A stretch of 62,614 bases of DNA, the filler included, from Choristocarpus tenellus KU-1152 (taxonomy: Eukaryota > Protista > Phaeophyceae): the NCBI GenBank assembly GCA_964200185.2. It is 11 parts of 11 records of this genome, joined end to end, with 100 filler letters (N's around TTAATTAATTAA, not from the genome) between each part and the next. Parts side by side here need not be neighbours in the genome. Positions count along the whole stretch, not along the records: positions 11,256 to 18,738 come from CAXNAD020006087.1; positions 18,839 to 23,270 come from CAXNAD020014579.1; positions 23,371 to 30,882 come from CAXNAD020006041.1; 8 more parts are not named here. One strand, 5' to 3'. Shown here piece by piece: positions 11,656 through 24,706 of this stretch (its first letter is position 1; each line of letters starts with the position of its first letter). The notes under the pieces are model-generated. The model ran no database searches and was not told the origin of the DNA. It was given only the letters and a program-made list of their open reading frames with translations. Made by a program: the position numbers and the translations under genes.

Positions 11656-14600
11656 GAGATGGAGGGCCTTGCACACTATTCAAAAGGTGTCATGCTGGAC
11701 GGCATGGGGCACTATGCAAGGGCTCTTGAATGCTACAAGAAATTTCTTCATGTTTGCAAGTGAGAATCCCCCTCGGTTTTGTCCATTCCCATCTTCCATA
11801 TGGTGACAATTTTTACATATTGCATGTCCTCCGAAGTTTCTGTATGCCCTTCAAAATTGAACATTAACCCTAACCCTAGCCCTTTTATCAACCACAACAA
11901 AAATCTTCTCACGCACAAAACTCAGTATGTGCCCTTACAAAATTCATATGCAGCTCTCCTGCTCTTTTTGCTATGGCCCCCTGCTTCAACATCAGAAATC
12001 TTAATGATGCAGTGATTGAAGGCTTGTGCTACAACTGCATGGGAGTGGACTGCATGTTGATGGTATGCCCCACAGGAACTAACCCACAGGTCAGTTGGGA
12101 GCATCCATCACATAATGAGCAATCAAAGAACAGCTGAGATGCGCAAAAGCTTGCATGGCAGCATGGTGTGTACAAAGTGAATGGTGTGATGACATGCAGT
12201 CGTCTATTGGCAATGGCATGGAGTAGCTCAAAGCTAAAGCTGCCCAAAACAACTGTGGACATCAATCACGTGATTAATGAGAGACAAACACAAGCGCAAT
12301 GAGCTCAGTGTATGTGGGGACTCAGAATATGCAGGCTTTGGGGGAATTCTTATCTGAGATTATATCAGAGGAAGAACATATAACAGACGTCTATGTGGTC
12401 ATTGGTCATTGGGTCTGATACATTGACATCAACAATTCTGCAAAGTCTCACTGGTCCCAGCTGACAATCAGCTAATGCAACCTCCCCCCCCAAAAAAACA
12501 CAACCATAACTCTCTCTTTCTTAACACCCATTATTCCATGGATCTAGCTGCTTCACATGTTGATTTGCCACTCAGCCAATGCCTTCCTCTTTTTGTCAAC
12601 TCTTGGCATCATATCCTTCCTCTCTCTACCTTCTCCTCAGGAAAATGACGTGGGGAACCTCACTCAAGAATCAATCTGTACTCTTCAACAAGCGTTAGAG
12701 TATCACTCTCAACATTTGCGCCTGGCCAATGAGTCTGGATCGTGCCTGGCACACACCAACCTTGGTTTGTGCCATGGGATGAGAGGGGATTATCCAAGCG
12801 CTGCTCGGCACCACCAGCAGGCTCTCCGCATTGCCCTGAGTCTGCAGGTGAGTGCTTGCAAGAACACAGCATGAGAGGACCAAGGAAGGGGTCCACAGGG
12901 TTTTGGAGCCCAATGCAATGGAGGCGCTGGCACTGGTTTCTGCTTTGATTAATGCGGCAACTATTGCCACCAGTGGTGCTTTTCTAGTCGCTAGGTGTTC
13001 GTTTTAAAGTTTGAGTATATAGTCCTTTTGTGCTTCAGATTGTTACAATAGTTGGTGCGGTGACTTGTATGTTTTAACCTTTACTTGTGATTGTTCAAAC
13101 GAATGTTGGCAAGTAGGCAGTCTATAGTCTACATGCACCCATGCACTATGCCTACAGGTCTCTTTGTCTTCCTATGACTGAGCATTGATTGTGCACTGGT
13201 GAAGCAGGGGGTAATGAGACTCCCTTTAAGTACTCTTTCCACCCTCTCTGTAGAGTCATTCAGTGATGGGGCTAGGGTTCATTCTTTTCAACATTGTTGC
13301 ATGGGGACTTTGGACCATCATTGTGTAGTCGATTTCGAACATGTTAATGCAGTCAGTCGATGGGGGCAGGGATGAGAATACCTATTTTTGCAGTCGATTA
13401 CTCCTGTATCCCTTCATTCATTGCACCAACCACTAGAGACCTTTGCTTCCACGCCCCTATGTGCTATGACGAGATGACTAGATGCACATTGTTCACAGGG
13501 CAGCTTCTTCTTCTTCTTCACCCTTCCTTCCCCCCCACACTATTATTGGGAAGAGCAAATAACCCTAACCCTAACCCTAACCTACCTCTTGAGGGGCATG
13601 TCCTAATAACAATGAAGGCAAACACCGATATCACCTTTCAATTCCTGGCTAACCAACAACTCACCTAAAGAAAGATCAAAATTCCCTGTGTTTCATCAAG
13701 GCATACATGACTGTCAGCTCCTTCCAGCAACACCACACCATTGATGGCGTTATGTGTTCAGAACCTTGCTCTACCTAGGACTAAGCGAACACACTTTGTT
13801 TTTTCTTGACCTCATTCCAATTGCAACACACACACAACAACCCTACCCTTGAGACAAACAAACACACACACACACAACTCACTTTTGAAATAAAGAACAT
13901 CTGGACGCCTGTCTCACCCACCTTGCACTGGCTCTATAGAGTATTAGCGGACAAAGCGTGGCGGTGGGTAATCTTGGGCTGTTGGCAATGAGGCAGGGGG
14001 ACCTATCCACAGCCAATGCTTGCCTGGAGCAACATTTGCAACTTGTGCAGCAACTGGGAGATGCTCAAGGAGAAATCAATGCATGGACCATCATGGCCAA
14101 GCTAGCTGAGAGGCATGCCATAGACACTGACACATGTACAGTAGAGAGGTTGGAAAATGGAGTTGGGGCAGCGGATATGGCTGACAGTGGAGCACATCTG
14201 GGGGGCAAGTCTGGTGCAGGGGCAGAAGGGGCCGTGGTGAAACTGGGAGGAGTAGGAGGATCAAAGGCAGTTAGTGGAAAGACTGATATCAAGCGGGTCC
14301 TACACTGCTTTGAGCAGGCGGCCACTCTAGCCAAGTTTCATGGAGAGGTGATTCAAAGCATTTATTTGTGGTTGTATGAGTGAATATAGTTCAGCGCCCA
14401 TAGTTGAGAAGATATTGGGAAGGCAAGGCCAATCGACATAAATCATCGAGCTATCCCTAGTGAATGCTCTAATGATAGGCATGGGAAACAGAGAGGGGGA
14501 TTGAAAACACTTTTTAGTACCAGTTGGTCCAAGCCTTCACCGAAATGACCAAAGGACCTGAGCTTGAAGTGCAGTTTAATTTCCACCTTATCAGAAGGTA

Positions 14601-15247
14601 TTCTAAGAACTGCTGTCACAACCTTTTGAGGGCACTAGAGTCATTTCATGAACAACAGGACATTGAGCGGAGTTACCACAACACAGGGAATTACTCCGAC
14701 ATAGCTCGTATCATCGTAGTAAAAAAATGATAAAAATGCCAACAGGGCATGTGACGGTATCCAACATTCCCACCTTCCTCACCAGCACACACAATCCTCA
14801 GAGTACTATCCAGCAATTTTAAAAAGATGTAACTGATTTTGGAGCTGAAGTTGGACGGCTGTCAATGATTGTCCCCTTCTATTGGACTATGTATACATAC
14901 CACACGACCCTAAGGGTTACTATCCAATGAGGTCAGGCAATGCTTTGGACAAGAGATTGCTGAAGGGCATAGGAGAAGGCGATTCAGTTTACCTCAATTT
15001 ACCCCACAGATGCAAGTAACCTTTTCCTCATTTCCCCAACTCCCTTGAGCTTCCTACCCAATCGTTCTGCTTCCCCATCTCTCTGTAATCCCCTCCCCTC
15101 CATTCTCCTACGGATCCACCTCATCCTCCCCTGCAGGTGAGCACCCTTAAGAGGATACATTGCAACATGGGAGTGGCAATAGGAAATACCACCATGGACG
15201 AGTACTTCAGAGGGCTGGAGGATTTTGCTAAAATTGGATACACCTGA
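11656..15247 (+). CDS. Tetratricopeptide-repeat protein (TTC28/TTC29-like), 5'-partial
   Basis: Phase-consistent exons 11656-11759, 11996-12089, 12641-12847, 13940-14347 and 15137-15247 (stop). TPR motifs include AHTNLGLCHGMRGDYPSAARHHQQALRI and AVGNLGLLAMRQGDLSTANACLEQHLQL. Confidence 0.85.
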
Positions 15248-16154
15248 CATTGCAACACTTGAGTATCGCATGGGTGGACAAAAGGGTAACCTTGATATTA
15301 CAAGTCCAATAAAGATGTTCCTAACATTTGTGAAACATAACATTTTAGCATCAATGAGCCCAGTTGGCAAGGGTAAGGATTGTTCCCACTCCTGTTTTTG
15401 CAAATTTCTGGCATACTTGTCTTGCTTCAGGAATGGTTGGGGGTAAACCTGTGATTTAGTTTGCTATAATAGTCCTAAAATGTTTGGATTGGATGTTCAC
15501 ATAGTGCTTGCATTCCACAACATTCCAATCTATGCACTGTTGCATAGAACACCCATCAAATTGAAGCCTGTCCAATTCATCATAATGCCCAGCAGAGCAG
15601 TAAAACTGCTATGCCTCACCAAGAATGTTTGGAGAGGTGGAGCCTGCCACCTGTCATTCAAGTTTCTTTTGTTGAGCTGCCCCACCAATACTATGTGTAT
15701 ACACCTACAAAGGACTAGTAATACAAGTATTCTTGCAACCATGGCAAAAATATCTCCTCATTCCTGTCTACATCAAAGTCAGTGCCAAGATCGGGGGGAA
15801 TGCTTAATCCTTTTCTTAGTAATCTCAGTCCAGATTAAAGACTTTCCATGATAGTTAGAATGCCAACGTCGAAAACTGGGAGAAACTTTGACCATGAGTC
15901 ATGTGACAAATGATTGTGCACTCTGCCCTTGCCGATATTTCCAAAAATACAAGTCCTTGAAGTCATTGACATATAGTAGTGTACTAGGATTACTACATCA
16001 CTGCTCGTGGTAGTATAACCAAATTAAATTATCTTGCTGACAACAGTAAAGACCGGTGGTCAAATATTTTTGATCATCCAATCACCAACGGTTATAAACA
16101 CATCAGGAATATTGATCGACAGCATGCGAGAAAGCAACCATCACAGACAATCTA

Positions 16155-16974
16155 TTAAAGGTCACTCTTCAACCCCTCAAGGCCTGCTTGTGCCTGGCCT
16201 TCACTGGCACTGTTAGCCTCCAGCAACTCAATCGGGATTATGGCTGTGGCGCGCTCGTGGGTGCTCTCTAAGATAACCTTAGGGGCCTTTCCTACACGAT
16301 GGGCCTCGAGCCATCTTGAGGAGCATAGACACCAACGGTCACCAGGTTTCAGCCCTGGGAATTTCCCTCTGGGGGTGGATAGGTCATTCCCCTGCGTCTT
16401 AGTATAGTCAAGGAAGTCGAGTGTCAGTTCACAACACACACAGTGCTGCCCATAGTCGGTGTGGTCTGTTCTGCAGAACCCATCTCGTCGCCACCCAGTA
16501 GTTGGGCCATCAGGGAGCGAGCATGCCTAGAGAGATATTGGGAAGGTGAACAGGAGAATAACATCATCGCCGACATCATACGTAGCTATTCGGGTGCACT
16601 CCCATACCCCAATAGCGAGAGTTAATTGTCTTGCCACAACTAAATGTCTTGCTAAAGAAGCGTTGTAGGTGGTGGCAAACGTTGGATTCTACTCGTGTCT
16701 CATTTTTGAACTTTTGAACTTGCTACCCTTCCAAATCAAGCGGGTAGACCAGGGATCCTACACCTTAAGCCAGTCCAGTATCACGAATACTGAGCATAGG
16801 GGAACTCAAGTTAGTGCATCTATTCAAAAATCCATTGATTACCTGAAGAGGGGTTCCGAGGACGTTGAGAGCAGGCACAACATTTGCGGCGACATTTGAC
16901 ATGAGAACAAAGCTACTGGCACGTAGGGGGAGAGTAATCCACGCCGCCAATCTCCTGCCAGGAACAAGGACCAT
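16155..16974 (-). CDS. DUF2237 family protein, complete two-exon gene (~167 aa)
   Basis: Exons 16974-16843 and 16526-16155 join in frame. The protein reads LNVLGTPLQ|ACS..PTTGWRRDGFCRT..DYGQHCVC..FLDYTKTQGNDLSTP..FPGLKPGDRWCLCSSRWLEA..GKAPKVILESTH. Confidence 0.92.
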
Positions 16975-17158
16975 GTCCAGTACGTACTATAGATCTAGAC
17001 GAGTGATTATACCCTAAATGTTGGAAAATCATTTTGGTTGGAGTTGTAGAATATTTTTGTCTGAACAAATAATGAATCTTGTAAAGCTAGAACTGGTAGA
17101 AGAACAGAGAGAAAAATCAAATGTTAAAATTGATCATGTCGTAGTCACCTTCCTACCA

Positions 17159-17266
17159 AAGGTATACCTTCAAAAGGCCCTTCACCTAGAAGGTATACCT
17201 CGAGATCTGTTCCCTCTTAAGACATCAGACTTGTTTCTTGATGACGTCATCTGGCAAGGTATACCT
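17159..17266. promoter_or_regulatory. Cluster of palindromes upstream of the DUF2237 gene (3x AGGTATACCT, 1x GATGACGTCATC)
   Basis: AGGTATACCT at 17160, 17191 and 17257. A CRE/bZIP-type palindrome lies at 17240-17251. The cluster is 190-290 bp upstream of the ATG. Function is inferred only. Confidence 0.3.
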
Positions 17267-17708
17267 CATACGACGTAACATCAACATTAGGTTGTTGAGT
17301 GAAGGTTACAACTCCCCCTCATTTACTTTTCCCTTCTTTTCACTCCTCGATAACTGACCTTTAGAGGGATTACTCACCCTCCTACGTTGTCTTTCCATTC
17401 CCTTCCTTCTGTCTTCAGGTTGAACAACCTGTCTGTTTCCATCTGTTTCACAATCAAGATTATATCCTTAAAATAGAAACATATACACCAATCATGTTAA
17501 ATTTCCCTTGAACAAAAAATAGATGGTGGGAGGGAATATATCAATGAAGAACAGGTTTTATGTAGGTACGAAATTCGAACCTTCCAATCAATGTAGTTCA
17601 AGTGAGAGCGTTGGGATTGTGCTGGTTGTTCTATCTTTAAGGAAGGTTCATGGGTTGTTCGATTTGGATAATGCTCGGAGTATGTGTAACACAATTTTTT
17701 GACGTTTT

Positions 17709-17941
17709 GAGTGAAAGTATCTTAGAGGGTTCGAGTTTTACCTGTTCGTTCGGGGCTTGGGCTTTTTATGACATTTTCGGAGTAGGTAAGATATAATATA
17801 GGTTATGAAAAGGTGTGTCCAGAACAAGGATATTGACACTCCCTAATTAACAAACACGATAGCCAAAATTACATCAAAATCGCAACAGTGGATTTTGGGC
17901 CCTAAACGGACGCGGCTCTACCCTCTAAGATACTTTGACCC
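17709..17941 (-). mobile_element. MITE family A copy (Sola2-like)
   Basis: TIRs GAGTGAAAGTATCTTAGAGGGT / ACCCTCTAAGATACTTTGACCC; flanks tttt/tttg. Confidence 0.9.
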
Positions 17942-18086
17942 TTTGGTTTGAGAATAAAGTTATTGGAATTGTATCTTAATCCAGATCATGATATATAATG
18001 TCGCCGATCAGCTCGCCTGTGGCCACACGCTTGACCTAGGGGTAGTGGCACGTAGTGGGTGACCTTCAGAGCTCACACTGACCAAA

Positions 18087-18738
18087 ATGGCTGCAATACA
18101 TAGTACCAACGCCAATAATCGGTCATCCACAGTGTGTCAGGTGACAATGAAGATGGCCACCAAGGGGCTGAATTATAGCACGAGCACCATAAACAGGTGG
18201 TTGGCTGATATGGGGGCCACGCCGAATCACCACTGGGTCAAACCCAAGCTTAAATCGTGGCAAAAGGTATGGAGAATGGACTTTGTTTGCGATCAAGTGG
18301 ACCGGAAACGTGGTGTGTATGCCTCCATGGCGAACACGTCTGATGTGGATGAAACCTGGTTTTACATGATGGCTGATGGGGGGGGAAAGGGTTAGGGTAT
18401 TTCCGCATGAGGATGATAGCGACCTTCCAGGGTCGCCTACTATGCAGCACGAGAGTCATACCCCCAAAACCATGATCATTGCAGCCAATGCCCGCCCAGA
18501 TTCGGCTGACATCTTTGATTGAAAGCTTGGTGTTTGGTGCGTGTGTGCACCAAAAATGGCAGACGGGACAAGCAACAACCATAAAATGGGGGATGTGTAT
18601 GAGCAGGACTGTACTTTAGACCATTTGTGTTACAGGAAGTGGTACGTGGAGGAGTTACTGCCTGCAATCAAGACCAAGATGCCTTGGTTGCCAGGGGAAG
18701 CACGTTGTCGTTCAGCAAGACGGTGCCACCCCCCCAAT
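18087..18738 (+). mobile_element. Mariner (plant/DD39D-like) transposase pseudogene, truncated by contig end
   Basis: Frameshifted motifs VKPKL, DVDETWFY, KTMIIAANARP..FD*KLGVW, LLPAIKTKMPW and VVVQQDGATP correspond to the first two catalytic Asp motifs of DD39D mariners. Confidence 0.85.
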
Positions 18739-19695
18739 NNNNNNNNNNNNNNNNNNNNNNNNNNNNNNNNNNNNNNNNNNNNTTAATTAATTAANNNNNN
18801 NNNNNNNNNNNNNNNNNNNNNNNNNNNNNNNNNNNNNNCCCCCCCCAAAAAAAGGCATGATTTTGGTGTAATTCGCCACACGCAAACCTCATAAAAAGAT
18901 AATGTTCAAAAAAGGCACAGTTACCCCACTAGAACAAAGCATCTCACTTCTATGTCTCACACAAAGCAAAACGACTTATCACAAACATGAAACCCACCAC
19001 TCCTACTCCGCCCCTCCTCTTACTGTGAGACCTGGGTTCCCAATTAATATCTGCACGAGATGGTTCCATACACCTAACACAGCATCACCCATATACATGT
19101 GTGCCACTGATAGTACATAATCAGTACTCCATAAAGTCCTTAATTTTCTTCACAGTCAAAAAATGTTTCGCAAACACTGACAACTTCATACTTCATTCCC
19201 AGATGTGAAGTACATGGGATTACAAAATTTTCATTTGCAATTCACACAATGCAAAATCGACATGTATCATCCAACTTCGTAAATAAAGCACCTTGTGCAG
19301 AGGTGCTAGAGCTCGTGAAGCACAAACATAACGTGGTTAACAGATAAACGAAAAAACCCAATGGGTTACGAATCGGCGGGGCTTACCCAAGGAAGGCTTA
19401 CATGTTCTTGGTGAACTTGAAGCGCAACCTCAACCATCTCAAGGCCTATCAAAGATTTCGCACGGTGGTACTGTATACTGTATAGTATCAGCCTTATCAA
19501 CTGATCCAATACGACACAAAACGAATCGTGGTTAAAAGTACCAACGGGCTTTCCTCATCATCCCCACCAAACACGTAAGACCAGCAACAATTCACAATGA
19601 CGAAAAATATTCCAAGTCATGCACTCCACAGTGCTTACCTATGGAAGGTATACGGTACACACAGCATTAAAAAAAAAATTGATCAACCACACAAC

Positions 19696-22600
19696 CTCAC
19701 CCCATACAATGTGCTCGTAGTTGAAGATAATGTAGGAAGAGCCGTCTTCCCCTGCAACCAACACCACTTGGAAAGTGTTGCGAGCATTGCACCGGTCATT
19801 TGAATATACATTGAACGGAGTCACTCTCTCCCATGTCACCTGGGGAGCATCAAACGTATGTCAAACAAACTCAGGTCCCATGTCATCTGGAAGCACAGCA
19901 TGGTCCTCGGTTTCCTTGCACTGCAGGAAGGGGTCGAGGGCATTGATATTGACTCCCCGATAGCATTCAATTGGTCGTACATGTAAAACAAAATATGCTG
20001 CAATATTGTATCCTATCCTAATCTAGACAAAAGGATTACACTATTGCATCCACTTTCCTACACTATCCAAACAAGGTATAATCATCCAGATTATTCCAAG
20101 CAACACTTGTGGAAAGATTCAAACAGCAATAAAATTACGGAGCCATCCAACATCAGAAGAGGGTGTCGCTTAGAAATGACATCACTGTACATGACATCTC
20201 CTGTGACTACTCTCGGCTACACGTGCTTCTAGCTACACGTGCTTCTAGCACCCTGCAGGGTGATTCAATGCTCACGTGGACCACTCTTCGTTTCCTCTTC
20301 TACAGTCACAGCCTTCTAATCACAGGTTAGCTACATTTCAAGCATGGGAAATGGGGGTGTCAGACAGAAGATTACAAAAGCCCTATACACTCAACAGGGT
20401 TAGCATGGACCCCCTAAGATAGGATGGATCACAAATGTACAACACAAACCACATAGCATATCCACAATATCCTTTTCATCTTGCGCAACCGATGACATTT
20501 CCTGTGTCCATCTACTATCCACATTTTGATTTTGAAGGGAATGAACTGGGTAGTAAAGTTAATAAAAGAGAGCAGGTGGAGGCTCGAAGTATCGGGGGTG
20601 GTGGTGGTGGTGGCAGCGGCTGTCCATTCACGGCCCGTTTTTCCCTTTGCGTTAAACTGTGCTTCGGCGTTCCTCCACGGACCTCGTCGCATAGGAGATG
20701 GGAACCGCTTCGTACGACTTCAAATGAGCAGTCATCTTCTTTGAACCGCATGTAATAGCCGGTTTCAAAAATTGAGGATGGGCTTGACCCAAAATTGACT
20801 GGGATAAAGTGTTTTTTTTTGTATTGTCATTTAAAAAAAAAATGGTTCTATGTGTCGGATGTATAATCGAAGTGCACTTCTCTTGGTCAGGGCCCAAATG
20901 GACACCTTGGTGTGGCCCCCCTCCCCCAGATACTTGAGCCAACGATGTGATCCAGCTGTGTTACAAAACCATGATGGGGGGTTCCATGCAACCAATGTTT
21001 CGAAGGAAGAAACATGAAAGTAAGTCCCTTGGCACAAGTACAAAAGCAGCACCAAAGTTTGAACTTTGGAGGACAAGGGTAGTACTAGCAACTGACCCTT
21101 GCCAACCTAATTGCAGAACCATGGACTGCACAATATGTACCTCCAGGATGTCAAATAAAGTTTGAAGGAGCCTAAAGAGATGTGATTACATATCCCGCCC
21201 CTCTCTCCTTGACTAGTTCAAACTAATTTGGAGAGCTAGAGTTCAAAACCATTCCAAGGCTGAAACACAACGCTCAACAATGTGTTATTCTGGGCACCAT
21301 ACTCTGTCGCACTATCAGTTACATTTTTTTAAGTAGTCAGAGGGAGTTGGTACTTGAAGCACATGACCTCAATCTTATCACCCAAAACTATTTCTGCAAG
21401 GTGGAAGACAATACACCCCAAGGCTCAGCCAATCTACCTCCATAACCCCCCAACCCTTATCACATGAACACTCACCGGAAACGCCCACACTGCTTTGAAA
21501 CCCCCGACTTCGCTCTCCACAAGCTTGCTAGCCTGCAAAATGAATGAGTGTGAACGAGCAGAGGTGGTAGTAACTTTATTAGGGCAGAACCAGCGAAGAA
21601 GTCAACACTTCAGCTGCACAGTCAACAATTTTGGTTTTAAAATAATAATAAAATGGTTCTGTGCACACACCTACTTCTCTTTGCTGTTATGTGCCTCCAG
21701 AAGGCAGTTGCAACTCCTCACGCATATCACATCATATCACATATTTTCGGTGACAACAGTAATCAGAAAAAAAAACAGTTAAGCTGTATGATACTTTGAC
21801 AGTACCACCCCCCATAAAGAAAGCAAGGTCAGCTCAGCTCAACTACTCCTACTGAGTGATTGGGGCCTACCTCTTCCAACATCAAGGTATGCGGCTCATC
21901 CCTAGAGTCACAGTAGAAAATTTCACCGCCATCAGAACGACCCTCAGCATCAATGCAACTATAGGGCTCGGTGTTGATGTCATCATGGAAGGCCAAGATT
22001 GAGCCCACACCAGGAAGTGTGTCTTGGGAATGAAGAAGAAATAAAGTATGATGAGAAGTAATGAACAATGGCCACATCATGGAGGGCAGGAGCAGGGGGA
22101 GGCAGTGAGGGTACATGTGTGTTAAGGTGCATCCTGACACAATGGAAACATACACACGCTTGAAAATGGGCATTGCATTATAACCTAAGTCTTGCAACCG
22201 CACTCCATAGTAGTCATGACTGTTACATGTCAATGCAATCCAGTTCATGTGAGGGGGGGAGACACTTACACATCAGCAGTGCAGGTTGGAAAGAGAGTGT
22301 ACAGGGCATCAATCAAACTCAAAAACAAGGTATCTATCAATCACACTCTACTAACATCAACATCATGTTTCTTATATAGAATACGTCACCCTAGGCAGCC
22401 ACAGGCCCATGATTATACTTGCTGTATGCAATTCGGTACGACTGAATATTGCAACAGGTTCAGAGTCCCTTCATGGAGAGTTACAACCATGCACCAGAAT
22501 ACAGCCTCCACCTTTCTCAACATCCCCTTGATCCCTAAAGGAGGGTCATTCTCTAATCTACTTCAACGTACACAGCAAATTGACCTAAAGCACCATAGCA

Positions 22601-22753
22601 TGCATTCCCTACACATAATCCTCTCACATGGGATGAACTGCCTCCCTGACTCCAGAGTGTTTATGGGGTAATAGAGTCGCTCCCCAAACTCAGACTCTGT
22701 AAACAATGAGGAATAACCACGGATAACATCATCCCCGAAGAGAGTGACCACAC
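19696..22753 (-). CDS. NIDO (nidogen-like) domain protein, partial
   Basis: Exons 22753-22628, 22022-21871, 21532-21476 and 19839-~19700 are phase-consistent. They read GVVTLF..ILAFHDDIN..GGEIFY..FKAVWAFPVTWERVTPF..NTFQVVLVAGEDGSSYIIFNYEHIVW. A further exon is possible near 19073-19024. Confidence 0.8.
20581..20940 (+). mobile_element. MITE family B, long variant
   Basis: Ends GGCTCGAAGTATCGGGG..GGCTGTCCATT and GGCCCAAATGGACA..CCCCCAGATACTTGAGCC. It lies in a NIDO-gene intron. No TSD is evident. Confidence 0.75.
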
Positions 22754-23370
22754 CTGTCATGGCAAGTCAAGGAGACAGCACAGATAAACAAAAAAAAATG
22801 TTAACAAAAAAAAGTCTGTAACGCAAAGGCGATTTGATTTGTCAAGCTAGGAGAGAAAAGTAGACTCTGATGCCCATGCACACAACTTTATTCACAGGGG
22901 TGAAAAAGAGAGCTGAGATAGGAAGGAGGAACGTCATAAAAAAAAAATTAATACCAAGAGGAAACAAGTGACACAGCAATTTTGAATACAGCACACTTAG
23001 TAAGCATTGTAGTACCTGATTGAAAACAGAAACCTTGCGAAAAGCACAAGAGCTTAATATTGGTCAATCCACATCAGAAACGTCACAGAACAATTCCATG
23101 CCCCAGTTATCATGTCTTAGTTTTGTTTGACCTTTGCCCCAATGCCTACCAAACATATTGTTTTCCAATAGATGCAGAGTGTATGTCACCGACGAGGAAA
23201 CTCCTGAACTAGCAGCTTGAACTTCTCTCAAAAGATGTCTAGAAGGACATCATGTGTGTGTGGGGGGGGGNNNNNNNNNNNNNNNNNNNNNNNNNNNNNN
23301 NNNNNNNNNNNNNNTTAATTAATTAANNNNNNNNNNNNNNNNNNNNNNNNNNNNNNNNNNNNNNNNNNNN

Positions 23371-23760
23371 CATATACCTTGGAAACGTAAGGTAGGAGGC
23401 CTGGTAGGGTCTCTGGGAGGGCCTGGATGAAGGCTGAGCGGTGTACGCTGTTGAAAGCATTCCTTCCGTCTAGATTGATGACCCATTCTCTGCACTCATT
23501 CCTCAGGTGGATATCCAGGAGTGCACGTTCAATGCCATTTGGAACCCCGACACCGAATTGTCCAACTCCCCCAAAAAATTCCTCAAGGTAGGGGCGCCAG
23601 TCTGTGCAGAAAGCCGAAGCACATGCCCTCCTAAAAAAAGATCCACAGGCAACTGGGCGACACTTCTCCCCGATAGCGGATAGTCTCGAGTTGGTGTGGA
23701 ACGTCCAGAACTCTAGGGGTAGGGCGTCCGGGGAGGTGCAGGCTAGCTCCCATAGCTTGT
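23371..23760 (-). mobile_element. Reverse transcriptase fragment of CRE-like non-LTR retrotransposon
   Basis: RLSAIGEKCRPVACGSFFRR..QFGVGVPNGIE..LDGRNAFNSVHRS matches early RT subdomains typical of the CRE/SLACS group. It is cut by the contig end. Confidence 0.85.
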
Positions 23761-24428
23761 GTTGGTATATATAGCATTGAGTTTTTTTCGTAACAGGAAT
23801 GTAATTTTTTGTTGACCGTTTGTCATCTAGCACAATCTTTACCACGTATATACTGACCCGCCAGTCATAAAAACTAAGCAGGGCATACGCATGAGGACAA
23901 TAACATACTTCCTCCGTTCGGAATTAAATGTAACATAACTTTTGGGAGTGCAGTCCACGCCCATGAAACACTCACAAGATAAACCCTCTGGGCAAGGCTT
24001 AGTTTTAATATAGGTTGGGAGGCGTGCAAAGTTTGAGATGGTGGGCTGTGATGACTGTGGAAGATCGCCAGTGCAAAGTCGGCCAAGTCACATTTGACGG
24101 GGTTCAAAAACCTCATGAAACTGTTGAAGCAGGCGTTTGTTGGGATGCCTAGCATGAAAGCCCCCCGTCGTTCGATCAGCTCACTCATCCCGCCATCACC
24201 TGTCGATCCCAATTCTTCAATCGAGAAGTCTGTCTGAGGTCAGGACTCAAGCACCTCAATGAAGAACAGCATTATGGCGCCATACCTGGAGGCAAGAGGG
24301 TGCCAGAATCAGATGTCTTGGGGTATGGTGGTGGTTTGGTGTATCTTTTCAGGAACAAGGTTCTAGTGGCAATGGCTTCGAAAAGATGCTGAAAAACGAA
24401 TCTCACAACAGAATACAACTGGTGAAGT

Positions 24429-24688
24429 GAGTCATACCAATTGAGAGGTAGGTAGGTTTGAAACCTTTTGCTTTCTAAGCCATTTTTCCTACCCTGTGCA
24501 AAGACTATTTTGTTACTCTTTTATGTGCACAATAGTGTACACAAAATTGGCGTTCCCCTCTCCACACACAAAGTGACAACACAATTCAGTAAAGTCTCTT
24601 TCTGCAATAATTGTGCAAAACGGCACGGTTTGCTCTTTCTCGGGATCCTTAAAATGCAACCCCGTCTGCCTCTCAGTTGGTTTGACTC
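24429..24688 (-). mobile_element. MITE family C, complete copy
   Basis: GAGTCATACCAATTGAGAGGTAGG ... CTGCCTCTCAGTTGGTTTGACTC; flanks aagt/agta. Confidence 0.85.
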
Positions 24689-24706
24689 AGTAGTATCGAT
24701 AATTAA

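Noticed and set aside
20215-20280. CACGTG (G-box) cluster, also at 56500-56540
   Set aside because: Two of the copies come from a simple 16-bp tandem duplication in an intron, and there is no evidence of promoter function.
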